From Candidatus Woesearchaeota archaeon (GTDB lineage: Archaea > Nanobdellota > Nanobdellia > Pacearchaeales > GW2011-AR1): a stretch of 64,000 nt of DNA. The DNA is taken from contig CAYZVU010000001.1 in the NCBI GenBank assembly GCA_964482075.1, positions 343 through 64,342 on the forward strand. Reading direction: 5' to 3'. Positions 19,041-28,468 of the stretch are shown here, in pieces (the first letter of the stretch is position 1; each line of letters begins with the position of its first letter). The position numbers and the translations under genes are program-made. Under the pieces are notes generated by a model. That model did not search any database. It was not told the DNA's origin and worked only from the letters and a program-made list of their open reading frames with translations.

Positions 19041-19402
19041 AAATTGCAATAATAAGAATTAAAGGACAAATTGGATTGAGAAAGGCTGTAGCTGAAACTT
19101 TATTTAGACTTCGTCTTCGAAGAAAATATGCTTGTGTCGTAATTGATAATCCTTCTAAAGAACAACTTGGGATGATTAAGAAAGTTCAAAATTTTGTAGC
19201 ATTTGGAGAAATTGGAGAAGAAATGTATAAAGAATTAGTTAAAAAAAGGGGACAAAAAAATGTAAAAGGAGAATTAAAACCTTTTTTCAGATTGCACCCT
19301 CCTAGAAAAGGAATTGAAGCTAAAAAACATTTTGGAGTTGGGAAAGGAGTTTTAGGAGATCATAAAACTAAAATAAATGAATTAATAGAGAGGATGTTAT
19401 AA
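19037..19402 (+). CDS. rpl30: Ribosomal protein L30 (L7e)
   Basis: L30 family (IAIIRIKGQIGLRKAVAETLFRLRL). Confidence 0.9.
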   Translation: MKIAIIRIKGQIGLRKAVAETLFRLRLRRKYACVVIDNPSKEQLGMIKKVQNFVAFGEIGEEMYKELVKKRGQKNVKGELKPFFRLHPPRKGIEAKKHFGVGKGVLGDHKTKINELIERML

Positions 19403-19857
19403 TGAAAATCATAAAAAGAAAAAAAGAATCTAGAATGCATGGAAGAAAAATGGGAACTCATGGCGGAGGATGTAGAAAGAATAGAAAAGGACATGGACAT
19501 CGAGGTGGAGTTGGAATGGCTGGGAGTGGTAAGAGAGCGGACCATAAAAAAACATTGATAATTAAAAATCATGGACATAATTATTTTGGTAAAAAAGGGT
19601 TCACAAGTATTGGAACAAAGAGAGACACTCGACAAAGAATAAATCTTAGAGATATTGAATTAAGTCTTGAAAAATATGGTAAAAAAACTTCTGCAGGATA
19701 TGAAATTAATTTAAAAGATTATAAAATTCTTGGGGTAGGGGAAGTTAAAAATAAATTAATTATAACTTGTAAAGAAGCTTCAAAATCTGCTATAGAAAAA
19801 ATTAAAAAAGCAGGTGGAAGCTTAATCTTTTCTATTGCTAAAGAGGTTAAAAAATAA
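19402..19857 (+). CDS. rpl15: Ribosomal protein L15
   Basis: Gly/His-rich L15 N-terminus (GGGCRKNRKGHGHRGGVGMAGSGKR). Confidence 0.9.
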   Translation: MKIIKRKKESRMHGRKMGTHGGGCRKNRKGHGHRGGVGMAGSGKRADHKKTLIIKNHGHNYFGKKGFTSIGTKRDTRQRINLRDIELSLEKYGKKTSAGYEINLKDYKILGVGEVKNKLIITCKEASKSAIEKIKKAGGSLIFSIAKEVKK

Positions 19858-19858
19858 T

Positions 19859-20134
19859 ATGGGAACTATTGGACTAAAAATCAAATTAATGCCAACCTCT
19901 CCTGATGCTGACTTGGAAAAAATTAAAACAGATGCTATTAAGGTCATTGAAAGCAAAGAAGGGAAAAATATTACTTTTGAAGAAGAGCCAGTTGCATTTG
20001 GACTAAAGGCTGTAATCGCCACCTTTGCCTTAGATGAGGATTCTGGAGATTCAGATGGAATTGAGAATGGCTTGAGTGAGATGGAAAATATTAGTTCTTC
20101 AAAAATTATTGATATGAGAAGAGCTTTTGGATAG
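19859..20134 (+). CDS. ef1b: Elongation factor 1-beta (aEF-1beta)
   Basis: MGTIGLKIKLMPTSPDADLEKI...EEPVAFGLKA is typical of aEF1B; the start is at the ATG at 19859. It occupies the slot where secY usually follows L15. Confidence 0.8.
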   Translation: MGTIGLKIKLMPTSPDADLEKIKTDAIKVIESKEGKNITFEEEPVAFGLKAVIATFALDEDSGDSDGIENGLSEMENISSSKIIDMRRAFG

Positions 20135-20164
20135 GTATAAAAACTTAGAAAATTTATTTTTAAT

Positions 20165-20785
20165 ATGTTACCTGAAGGACAATCTGGACAAATAAAGAAA
20201 CAATTGCTGGAACAGATTAATTCTACTTTCCCAGAGGATAAAAAAGCTGATGCAATTTCCAAAATTGAAGTTATGGATGATGAGCAGCTTGAAGAATTTT
20301 TGAAACAAAATAATCTTATTAAGGGGGAAGGCGCGGGAGAAGAGCAGAAATGTGTTTTTTGCTCAATTGTTTTTGGGGATATTCCTTCTACTAAAATTGG
20401 AGAAAATGAGAAAGCTCTTGCAATTTTGGAAATTAATCCTATTTCAAAATCACATGCAATTGTGATCCCAAAAGAACATGTTTCAAAAGAAAATATTCCT
20501 CAAGAAGCCTTTGATTTAGCAAATGAAATTTCTGAGAAAATTAAAAACAAATTTGGCCCTAAGAATGTTATTATAGAAACATCTAATTTATTTGGACACG
20601 AAATTATTAATGTTCTTCCTATTTATGGGAATGAAACACTTTCTTCTCCAAAAAAGCAAGCTACTCCTGAAGAACTTTTAGAATTGCAAAAAAAATTAGG
20701 CGAGGCGGTTGTCGAGGTTGTTGAAGAGAAACCGACAGAAGAAATTAATGAAAAGAATACTTGGTTACCAAAAAGAATACCCTAG
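20165..20785 (+). CDS. HIT-like domain protein (degenerate histidine triad)
   Basis: HIT N-terminal core CVFCSIV...ALAILEINPISKSHAIVIPKEH. The triad region reads FGHEIINVLP, not the canonical HxHxH, and the protein has an N-terminal acidic extension. Confidence 0.5.
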   Translation: MLPEGQSGQIKKQLLEQINSTFPEDKKADAISKIEVMDDEQLEEFLKQNNLIKGEGAGEEQKCVFCSIVFGDIPSTKIGENEKALAILEINPISKSHAIVIPKEHVSKENIPQEAFDLANEISEKIKNKFGPKNVIIETSNLFGHEIINVLPIYGNETLSSPKKQATPEELLELQKKLGEAVVEVVEEKPTEEINEKNTWLPKRIP

Positions 20786-21598
20786 ATAATAAGATAAAAT
20801 AAATAAAATAAAAGTTATTAAGAAAACTGGGACAAAAGGTATCCCTTGCTTAATTAATACAAATTTCTTTTTCTTTTTTAGGAGAATTATTTCTTTTTCT
20901 GTAAGGCCTTCCCACTTGGCTTTTATTAATTTTTTTCCAATTTTAATATTACTACAAAGCCAATCCCCTTCTCTAAGGTCATTTGTTTTTACTTTTCTTA
21001 CCATGCAGGATTCATCAATTGCCTTGGCATATAAGAATAAGAAAGGTAATATAAAAATAAATATTCCTAAGAAAAAGAAAAGTTGTTGGTAAAAACTAAG
21101 AACCATTATAATTATACCTAAAGCCATTCCAATGTAAACCATTTTTCTATTTTTATTGAAGAGGAAATCAAACTTTTTTCTGAATATTTTTCTATTCCTT
21201 ATGAAGAGAACTGTGCTCCAGATGAGACCATATATAGCTCCTATGAAAAGAAAAATTAAAAAGAAGTTTAGGAATAGTCTAATATTTTCTATTAGAGTCG
21301 TGTGGAGCGGCAGAATTGCCCCTAGCGCCATGAAGAGCTTTGCATCTCCTCCTGCGAATAATCTTGAATAATAAAATATATTACCGAATATAAAGAATAA
21401 TACGAACCCTATTAGTCCTTGGTAGAAGAATGCGAAGTTTGTTTGAGCAAAGAATGAATAAAAGAATCTGAAGCCTAATGCAAAAATTATAAGAGAAAAA
21501 TTCAACCAGTTTGCAACCTCTCTTATTTTTAGGTCTTGGATTGTTGCAAATAAAATCCAAATTAAAGCTAAAGTCAATAAGAAGATTTCTGCGAACAT
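20765..21598 (-). CDS. pibD: Archaeal type IV prepilin peptidase (A24 family, PibD/FlaK-like)
   Basis: Polytopic membrane protein with both catalytic Asp motifs (FATIQDLKIREV and AGGDAKLFMALGA), GxGD presenilin-like. It sits adjacent to the pilin genes. Confidence 0.75.
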   Translation of the reverse strand: MFAEIFLLTLALIWILFATIQDLKIREVANWLNFSLIIFALGFRFFYSFFAQTNFAFFYQGLIGFVLFFIFGNIFYYSRLFAGGDAKLFMALGAILPLHTTLIENIRLFLNFFLIFLFIGAIYGLIWSTVLFIRNRKIFRKKFDFLFNKNRKMVYIGMALGIIIMVLSFYQQLFFFLGIFIFILPFLFLYAKAIDESCMVRKVKTNDLREGDWLCSNIKIGKKLIKAKWEGLTEKEIILLKKKKKFVLIKQGIPFVPVFLITFILFILSYYLGYSFW

Positions 21599-21609
21599 TT
21601 TTTAATAAT

Positions 21610-21729
21610 TTATTTAGATTTTAATATCTCGGTAGCTCTAAATTTTCCTCCTTTTCTATAAGGATGTTTTCGTTTTTCACGCTTTTTGTCTTTGCTTTTA
21701 TTGCGTGATTCAGAATCTGCTTTTGACAT
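21610..21729 (-). CDS. Small highly basic protein (39 aa), function unknown
   Basis: Hand translation gives MSKADSESRNKSKDKKREKRKHPYRKGGKFRATEILKSK. It lies in the gap between the peptidase and the first pilin and was not in the ORF track. Confidence 0.25.
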   Translation of the reverse strand: MSKADSESRNKSKDKKREKRKHPYRKGGKFRATEILKSK

Positions 21730-21772
21730 AGATTAAAATGTTGAAATAAGTTTAAATAAGTTTTGGGGAGAT

Positions 21773-22309
21773 TTATTTTTTACAAAGGTTCGAACAAGCG
21801 TCTTTATCATCCTTATTCCCATCATCACATTCTTCACCTGTATCTACTTTCCCATTTCCACAAAAAGGTATCTCCTTGCAACAGCTTTTACTACCAGAGG
21901 AATCGCTTGCCTTTAAAGTTAAATCTTCGTGAACATTTGGTACACAATCATTAATCATCCAAGAGCCTCCTAAATCAGAACATGAGCCGGGGCAAGGAAT
22001 TGAAGGGCAAGGCTTTACATTATAATCAGGATATTTTTCCTTATCTGAAAATTTCTCACAAGTTGAGGTTGTTTTAATTTTAGCCTTATCTATTAACTCT
22101 TTATCTGATGAACAAAAATTATATGTGTTCCCTGCAGAGCAAGCAACAGAACATGACTGAGCAATTTTATCTACATTTTCTGAAGATAACCATGGAGCCA
22201 TTGTGTCCCATCCCATCATAAATCCTAAAATTAAAAGAACTAAAACAAAAACTCCTAAAACTATTAATATAATTGCGCTTGTGCTCAACCCTTGACCTCT
22301 TTTTTCCAT
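21773..22309 (-). CDS. Pilin-like secreted protein, Cys-rich (class III signal peptide)
   Basis: N-terminus MEKRG-QGLSTSAIILIVLGVFVLVLLILGF (basic, then RG, then a 20+ residue hydrophobic stretch). There are 17 Cys in the C-terminal 120 aa. Confidence 0.6.
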   Translation of the reverse strand: MEKRGQGLSTSAIILIVLGVFVLVLLILGFMMGWDTMAPWLSSENVDKIAQSCSVACSAGNTYNFCSSDKELIDKAKIKTTSTCEKFSDKEKYPDYNVKPCPSIPCPGSCSDLGGSWMINDCVPNVHEDLTLKASDSSGSKSCCKEIPFCGNGKVDTGEECDDGNKDDKDACSNLCKK

Positions 22310-22351
22310 GATTGTTTAAAGAAAAATTTATTTATAAATGTTTGTAAATTA

Positions 22352-22762
22352 TTAGGAAAGTTCATATTGAACATGATAAAGTTCTTTTCGGTCTCCTGAA
22401 AAAGAAAATTCACTAGAATAATAAATCGCATGCAATATTTTTTTATCGCCGTCCATTTCAACATAAAATTTCCTGTTATTAGAAATACCTTCGTCTATTT
22501 TTTTGTTAAGTTCTTTAATTAAATCTTCTGGGTTTTTTTTAATATTTTCATAAAATTTTATTTGGTCTATTATTGAATTAACTTCAGAAATAATTATTAT
22601 CCCTGAAAAATCTTTTTTCACCTGATCATTTGGAAAATAAAATGCCATTATAGAAAGCACACAAATTGCTACAACCCCTATTACTAAAATCAATATTGGT
22701 ATGTTTGCTTTTTTGTTTTTCATTTTAAACATCCACGAACATCCCCTCAAGATATCTCCCAT
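22352..22762 (-). CDS. Pilin-like protein (class III signal peptide)
   Basis: An internal start MKNKKA-NIPILILVIGVVAICVLSIMAFYF fits the K/R-A/G cleavage motif; the real start is probably the Met at ~22724. Confidence 0.5.
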   Translation of the reverse strand: MGDILRGCSWMFKMKNKKANIPILILVIGVVAICVLSIMAFYFPNDQVKKDFSGIIIISEVNSIIDQIKFYENIKKNPEDLIKELNKKIDEGISNNRKFYVEMDGDKKILHAIYYSSEFSFSGDRKELYHVQYELS

Positions 22763-23216
22763 CTTTATTTAAATTTATTTTTTCCACTACATAAGGGGAA
22801 ATTTTATCATTATTTTTTCCAAGGATACTCACTAGGCGAGACCCAAAATATGAATTCTTCCTTATCCCAATCCCATTAAAATTTATCCCAATCCAAACCC
22901 CAACACTATAATCTGCCCAATAATCCTCTTTAAATATTTCTGCTGCGAGATCTCCATTGTCGCCTTCTATATTATTTATTTGAAGTTGTTTAAAAATTAT
23001 TTCCCTTCCACCAGATATTCCTGAATCTACCTCTGTCGCCAAATAAGAGAACATTGATTTTTCAGCAACAGTTTCTCTTACAAGAGGCTGTATTTCCTTG
23101 TTGCCTACAAATTTTGTAGAAGTTATAAAAATAGAAATTGAAAGAATTACAATTATCACGATTGTTGCAACTAGCCAAACCATTGTGTCGCTTATTTGTG
23201 CTTTTTTATTTTGCAT
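22725..23216 (-). CDS. Pilin-like protein (class III signal peptide)
   Basis: MQNKKA-QISDTMVWLVATIVIIVILSISIF. Confidence 0.55.
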   Translation of the reverse strand: MQNKKAQISDTMVWLVATIVIIVILSISIFITSTKFVGNKEIQPLVRETVAEKSMFSYLATEVDSGISGGREIIFKQLQINNIEGDNGDLAAEIFKEDYWADYSVGVWIGINFNGIGIRKNSYFGSRLVSILGKNNDKISPYVVEKINLNKDGRYLEGMFVDV

Positions 23217-23781
23217 TTTTTTCTATTTTTCTTATACTTGTGAAAATATTTATTTTATAAGGTGTTTGCCCATTTAGATTTTTATCTAAAATATACATTG
23301 TCCGATTCATACAATAAGGAAAAGTATCTGCGAGATTACAATTATCTTTGAGGTCTATATTTCCTTCTTGAATAGGCTCTCTAAAAATTTTTGAAGACCC
23401 AAAAGGATATATCTTAACTTCAATATAATACTGGTCATTATCCCATTCATAAATCTCTTCTGAATTAAAATTTAAATTGCATTTTGTTAAAAAATTTTTT
23501 CTTAATATAAAATTTCCTTCATCATCCAAAAGTTGTTGATCTAAATCCCCTCCTTGAGATAAACAATTTGCAACATGGTCTGTTAAAAGTTGAGCTTCTA
23601 TTTTTCTTACATCTAAAGGCTCTCCTTGAAAAATTGCGACCATATAAACAATTGCTGCTGCTACTAAGAAGAGAATTACAAACCAATATAGGGACATTAT
23701 TTTGCCTGTTGCTTTTTTATTCATTTTCTTTAATTTCAAAATAGTATTTATTTGAGTCAATAGATTCATGAGCGATAACAT
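23206..23781 (-). CDS. Pilin-like protein (class III signal peptide)
   Basis: Internal MNKKA-TGKIMSLYWFVILFLVAAAIVYMVAIF; the true start is probably the second Met (~23724). The C-terminal domain has 4 Cys. Confidence 0.5.
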   Translation of the reverse strand: MLSLMNLLTQINTILKLKKMNKKATGKIMSLYWFVILFLVAAAIVYMVAIFQGEPLDVRKIEAQLLTDHVANCLSQGGDLDQQLLDDEGNFILRKNFLTKCNLNFNSEEIYEWDNDQYYIEVKIYPFGSSKIFREPIQEGNIDLKDNCNLADTFPYCMNRTMYILDKNLNGQTPYKINIFTSIRKIEKNAK

Positions 23782-24103
23782 CTACATTATTAAAAAAAGA
23801 ATAAGAATTCCCTGTTCCAGACTCAAGCCTTACTGTAACAATATTTTCTTCAATAATTACTTCAGGAAAATTTTTTCCTTCTGCCTTATCAAAAGCATCT
23901 TCCATGTCTAAAATTATTTTCATTCCTGGTTGAGCTGCGTCAATCATTAAAGCTATTTGTTTTGAATATGCCTTTTCCATCATTGCTGTGTTGGAAACTT
24001 GGGAGTGTATAAATAAAATTAAAATTGTTAAAAAAAGTAAATTTAGGACAATAAAAACTATGTTCTCTACTAAGAGAGTTGCTTTTTTATTCCTCTTTTT
24101 CAT
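23717..24103 (-). CDS. Pilin-like protein (class III signal peptide)
   Basis: MKKRNKKA-TLLVENIVFIVLNLLFLTILILFI. Confidence 0.55.
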   Translation of the reverse strand: MKKRNKKATLLVENIVFIVLNLLFLTILILFIHSQVSNTAMMEKAYSKQIALMIDAAQPGMKIILDMEDAFDKAEGKNFPEVIIEENIVTVRLESGTGNSYSFFNNVDVIAHESIDSNKYYFEIKENE

Positions 24104-24178
24104 AGCGAATTAAGGAAATCTAAATTAATAAAGTTTTAGTAGAGTAATATTTAAATATTAAGATTTGTTTGGGAAGAG

Positions 24179-24523
24179 ATGAAGGGAAAGTCTAAAATTT
24201 ATACTCTTGCATTGAGTTTATTAATTTCTACTATACTTCTTAAAACAGGATATAGGCCATCTTGTTTAGAAAAAATTGCATTGGAAAATTCATCCCATAA
24301 AATAGAAAAAGCCAATAATGAAAAACCTATCGTGGATAGCGCTTCTTCAGAGTTTTTTTCTGGGGGGAATACTTCTTCACCCCTCCCTCCAAAAAAAATA
24401 AGGAGGGCTAAAATTAAAAATTCGAGAGCCACCACTACAACTACTACTTACTATAGAAATACCACCATTCCTCCATCCAGGGCTACAACTTATGAAAGCC
24501 CTACTCCCCCCGAAAAATTTTGA
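24179..24523 (+). CDS. Hypothetical secreted protein, Thr/Pro-rich
   Basis: N-terminal hydrophobic signal (IYTLALSLLISTILL) and a low-complexity TTTTTT/PP tail. The upstream antisense overlap is weak evidence against it. Confidence 0.3.
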   Translation: MKGKSKIYTLALSLLISTILLKTGYRPSCLEKIALENSSHKIEKANNEKPIVDSASSEFFSGGNTSSPLPPKKIRRAKIKNSRATTTTTTYYRNTTIPPSRATTYESPTPPEKF

Positions 24524-25062
24524 AAAGTAAAGATATTGAAAATATTAAAAGAAATTTCATAACTAAACATGATGAAGATTGTTATGTTGAATTAAAAGAC
24601 CTTAAACCCATTTTGAGATATAATAAAATAATTTCTCCTGAAGATGCCATTTTATTTTATTTGGCAAGTTTATATCATGGAAGATATGTAAAAAATCTAT
24701 TTTCTAAAACATCGACCCCTGAAGAGATAAATAATTTTATTTCTAAAACAAAGGGTAATTTTTCTTGGGGGAAAATGAAAATCCTCCCCTCAAAAATAAG
24801 AGAAAATTCAAGAAATCTTGTTTGTATTCCCACTGTTTATTATGAGATATTCCCTCGCGAAGCAATTTGTTTTGCGAATGAAGAAGGGGAACTAAAAATA
24901 GTTCCAAAATATTCCAAAAAGACAGACGATTACAAAAAAATGAAACAAATAAGTTTTTCATTCCACCCATATCTTCTTAAAACTTTTTCAAAGGAGGAAA
25001 GAAAATATATGAAAAAAGATAAATATGGTTGGGTAATTTTCCCGAGGGAATTAATCGAATGA
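24520..25062 (+). CDS. Hypothetical protein (180 aa)
   Basis: ORF is ATGA-coupled to its neighbours; no motif recognised. Confidence 0.4.
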   Translation: MKSKDIENIKRNFITKHDEDCYVELKDLKPILRYNKIISPEDAILFYLASLYHGRYVKNLFSKTSTPEEINNFISKTKGNFSWGKMKILPSKIRENSRNLVCIPTVYYEIFPREAICFANEEGELKIVPKYSKKTDDYKKMKQISFSFHPYLLKTFSKEERKYMKKDKYGWVIFPRELIE

Positions 25063-26510
25063 AATTTGGAGAAATTGCATCAGATATTGCGAGTAAACTT
25101 TCTTTTTGGGGGTCTATTACATTAGGAACTTTCGTTGTGGGGACAGCACTATTAGTCAACACATTCTCCACAGAGGCACCTTCAAAAAAATTAATTATCC
25201 CCCCGATTAGTTCTGAAAAAATTTGTGATAAAACAGAACTTGTTTCTATGCCGATGGGGGGAACAACGGGTTCAAAATTTGCTCCTGAAAATAAAAACCC
25301 TAGAAAAGAAAAAGTTCGTATTCGTTCTTTTGTAGATAAAGAATCAAACGAAATATTTTTAGAATATCTTCCAGAAGGATTTGATAAAGAGAGGACTTCT
25401 TCCAGAACCCCTTTAGAATCAGATTATGCTGTTATAAATAGCAGTTGGACTGGGGCTGCAATAAATATGCCTTCTTGTGCGAAAATTGAATCCCAAGACC
25501 AACAATCATTTAGAATTGAAAAAGGATGGGATACAAATATGAAATCTTTGGAAGATCATCCTGAAGCAAAATTCGTTATGGTTGGGGGAGATATTGTTAT
25601 GGAAGCTCTTACATCAAGGATTCCATATTCTGAAAAACTTTTTCAAAAAATGATGGATTATTCTGAAAAAAATAACCTTCTGAATATAAAAGCTATTCCA
25701 AATCTTCTCCCAGAAAAATTGAATGGAAGCGAGGTTGCAAGAAAAACTAGGATAAAATTAAATTTGGAAGATTGTGTAGGGGAGGTTAAATTTTTATTGG
25801 CTCCAGTAGTTTATATTGGAAGAGAATTTGACGCAAACCGACAAGGAAATTTTGGAAGTGGTAGATTAGAAGGAATGATTACTTTTGCGATGCAAGGGGG
25901 GATGACTGAAGAAGAAAAAGTAGGAATAGAAAAATATTTTTTGCAAGGAAAAGAACTTCAATATGCAACCCTTGCAAGACATAACGCACTTTTTGGGAAA
26001 AATGTTAAAAAAAATCCTTATATAATTGGCCAAGAAAAAAACAAAGCTGAAATGTCTGAAGATCTCAAAGAAGTCGGGGGTGTATCATATAGGTTTGGTG
26101 AAGAACGAATGCTGGAGAACACCAATATTACAATCAATGTGGTCCAAGTTAAAAAAGACCTTAAAAAAATTATATCCCGGCTAAGCGAGACTGGATTTGA
26201 AACAAAGCCTCTTTTTGAACACACTTTTTTGATTGAGGGAGATGTAATTTCTAATTTTATGCTAAATGGTATTGATACAGGACAAATTCTGACATACATA
26301 AAAATCTTATTGGAATATCAAAAGAGAACAAAAGGGAAGTTAATTCTCAAAACAAGTAATTTTGAGGATAAAGAATACTTTAAATTATTGGAAACAATTA
26401 AAAAAAATTATTCTGGTTTTAGTTCTAAGGAACTTACATATGAATATATAATAGCCCCCCATTCCATAGAACTACTAAAGGCATCAGTCAATCCAATTAG
26501 AGGACGTTAA
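25029..26510 (+). CDS. Hypothetical membrane-anchored protein (about 480 aa)
   Basis: N-terminal TM anchor (SFWGSITLGTFVVGTALLVNTF) followed by a large soluble domain. The start is more likely MKFGEIAS at ~25060. No motif recognised. Confidence 0.45.
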   Translation: MGNFPEGINRMKFGEIASDIASKLSFWGSITLGTFVVGTALLVNTFSTEAPSKKLIIPPISSEKICDKTELVSMPMGGTTGSKFAPENKNPRKEKVRIRSFVDKESNEIFLEYLPEGFDKERTSSRTPLESDYAVINSSWTGAAINMPSCAKIESQDQQSFRIEKGWDTNMKSLEDHPEAKFVMVGGDIVMEALTSRIPYSEKLFQKMMDYSEKNNLLNIKAIPNLLPEKLNGSEVARKTRIKLNLEDCVGEVKFLLAPVVYIGREFDANRQGNFGSGRLEGMITFAMQGGMTEEEKVGIEKYFLQGKELQYATLARHNALFGKNVKKNPYIIGQEKNKAEMSEDLKEVGGVSYRFGEERMLENTNITINVVQVKKDLKKIISRLSETGFETKPLFEHTFLIEGDVISNFMLNGIDTGQILTYIKILLEYQKRTKGKLILKTSNFEDKEYFKLLETIKKNYSGFSSKELTYEYIIAPHSIELLKASVNPIRGR

Positions 26511-26546
26511 TATAATTTATTTAATTATTTTAAAATTCAACCGAAA

Positions 26547-27290
26547 TTAATAAGAACTAACTCCAAATAAGTCACAAGGGGAAAGTTTTCCCTCTTTATT
26601 TGTTTCAACAATTAATGGATGAATATATTCATTTGCAGAAGCAAAATCATAACGCATTCCTGTGAAAATAGAATATTTTTTACTTGTTTCAATGAAAGAA
26701 TCTGAACCTAAATTTATCTGATGTTTTGGCTTGAAATTATCTAAATGTTTAATATCATTAATCCCATATAAATATCTTAAATAAGTTTCTGATTTATCTA
26801 TTTTATTTTCATATAAATGATCATACAATTCTTTATAAGTTATTTTTTCAACTATTCCTCTTATTGAAGAATCAAATTTTATTTGAGAACAGATTGCACA
26901 ATGATAATCATTCTTTAAATTCTCTGGGCCATTCCCAACATAAGGTATTTCTCCTTCCCCAAACATCCACCAACAATCTGCCATTTCCTCTGTTATAATT
27001 TTTTTTATTTGATATTCCACATTCCCCTTTAAATCTACAGGGATTTTTCTTTTTTCATTAAATTGGTCACATTCTTCACCTCCGGAAATGCAAATTGTAT
27101 CTATCTTGCAATCAACAGCACCACTTAATCCACTTGACTTTCCTTGGAGCACAACAGAATTGTGGCAAATTTCTTTATCTGTTATGTCCCCCGGATTTAA
27201 TCTAAATAATAATGTTAATATAACTGCGAAGCTAAGAATTAAAACTATTAACATTACAATTTGCTGGGTTGTTAATTCTGCTTTTTTCAT
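26547..27290 (-). CDS. Pilin-like protein, Cys-containing (class III signal peptide)
   Basis: MKKA-ELTTQQIVMLIVLILSFAVILTLLF, with 8 Cys in the extracellular part. Confidence 0.5.
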   Translation of the reverse strand: MKKAELTTQQIVMLIVLILSFAVILTLLFRLNPGDITDKEICHNSVVLQGKSSGLSGAVDCKIDTICISGGEECDQFNEKRKIPVDLKGNVEYQIKKIITEEMADCWWMFGEGEIPYVGNGPENLKNDYHCAICSQIKFDSSIRGIVEKITYKELYDHLYENKIDKSETYLRYLYGINDIKHLDNFKPKHQINLGSDSFIETSKKYSIFTGMRYDFASANEYIHPLIVETNKEGKLSPCDLFGVSSY

Positions 27291-27397
27291 TTTATGTGGG
27301 AATTGTTAATCTATTTAATAATAAATATAACCCTGCTAAAGCGATTGTAAATAGAACAATCCATGAGAGATATTTTATAAAAAAATCTAAATTCATT

Positions 27398-27934
27398 TTA
27401 TGCTTTTGAGATTATTCCATCCTTATAATCTATATTTAATTTTATTGGAGGCTCTATATTGATTGCGCCATTTGCTATATTAAAATCTTCTTTAAGTTCC
27501 GAACAAGCCCCGTTTTCTCCGCAAAATTCAGAGAAATATTTTATGTTAAGATTTTTTAGATTAATTCTATTTACTGGGCAAAAACACAAGCATCTCTCCC
27601 ACCCCATAGAAGAGCATCGTGTTGGGAGTGGCCCCTCTGAACCCCAAATATGAATTCTTCCAAAGAAAATATTCCCATTATTATTTTTTATCCCCTTATT
27701 AGGCCATGAAAAAATTGCCCAATTATTTGGATTATAAATCTCAACCTCTGGAATTTTGTTATTCATTTCTTCTATTAAATGCTTTAGTGAAGCCTCTGCA
27801 AATTTAAGATTTTTTTCTTGCTTATTTGTCAAATATAAAGATGTTAAAAAATAAATTAAAAAAGCAATTGCTATAACTGCTATTATTATCTTCACTGTTT
27901 CTTCTGCAAGTAAAAAAGCTCTTTTATTATTCAT
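27398..27934 (-). CDS. Pilin-like protein, Cys-containing (class III signal peptide)
   Basis: MNNKRA-FLLAEETVKIIIAVIAIAFLIYFL, plus a Cys-rich C-terminal part (CSSMGWERCLCFCPV...CGENGAC). Confidence 0.5.
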   Translation of the reverse strand: MNNKRAFLLAEETVKIIIAVIAIAFLIYFLTSLYLTNKQEKNLKFAEASLKHLIEEMNNKIPEVEIYNPNNWAIFSWPNKGIKNNNGNIFFGRIHIWGSEGPLPTRCSSMGWERCLCFCPVNRINLKNLNIKYFSEFCGENGACSELKEDFNIANGAINIEPPIKLNIDYKDGIISKA

Positions 27935-28296
27935 TTACTAGTACACTTCCCCCCGAAAATCTTCATTCCAAGAATTTTATTAGGAGTATATTGACATCCT
28001 AAAGAGAGACACTCTTTCTTCGTGCAAGTATCCCAAAAACTTTTCCTACAAGATTTACAATTCCCCTCTTTAAAAGAATCTTCTTTTGGAGGGTTTATTA
28101 TCGAGGAATCTCCTGCCCCTGAATTTAAATTGTCTGAATTTTCAGAACCATTCCCCACAAGATTATCAAAAAAAGGAATTACCTGCCCATTAAAAAAAAA
28201 GTAAACTCCTACTACAACTGTTACAAATACAAAAATTCCTAAAATTATTTTTATTAATTGTCCTATTGTAAGCTCTGCCAAATTAAATTCCTCCAA
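27931..28296 (-). CDS. Pilin-like protein, Cys-rich
   Basis: N-terminus LA-ELTIGQLIKIILGIFVFVTVVVGVYFFF is similar to the 26547 pilin; the C-terminus is CKSCRKSFWDTCTKKECLSLGCQYTP...GGKC. Confidence 0.45.
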   Translation of the reverse strand: MEEFNLAELTIGQLIKIILGIFVFVTVVVGVYFFFNGQVIPFFDNLVGNGSENSDNLNSGAGDSSIINPPKEDSFKEGNCKSCRKSFWDTCTKKECLSLGCQYTPNKILGMKIFGGKCTSK

Positions 28297-28316
28297 ATAA
28301 ATTTTTAAATTGATCT

Positions 28317-28433
28317 ATTAAACTTATTCCCTTGACTTTTAAAATTCCTATAAAAATTGCTAAAATTGCTAAAATTGCTATTGCAATTAATAACCAAGGA
28401 AGATAATCTGAAACAATGCCTCTTTTTTTCATA
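28317..28433 (-). CDS. Small pilin-like protein (about 49 aa, not in ORF track)
   Basis: Hand translation gives MKKRG-IVSDYLPWLLIAIAILAILAIFIGIL... (KRG then a hydrophobic stretch); it contains a (gctaaaatt)x3 tandem repeat. Coordinates are approximate. Confidence 0.3.
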
Positions 28434-28468
28434 TTTTAAAGAAAGAAAAAAGATTAATAAATCTATCT

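Noticed and set aside
28354-28381. Short tandem repeats considered as possible CRISPR or satellite arrays: (aaattgcta)x3 at 28354-28381 and (gttcaaacaggt)x3 at 52106-52140.
   Set aside because: There are only 3 units, no spacer structure, and they lie within coding sequence (encoding ILAILAI and VQTGVQTG). No CRISPR array or cas genes are present in the window.
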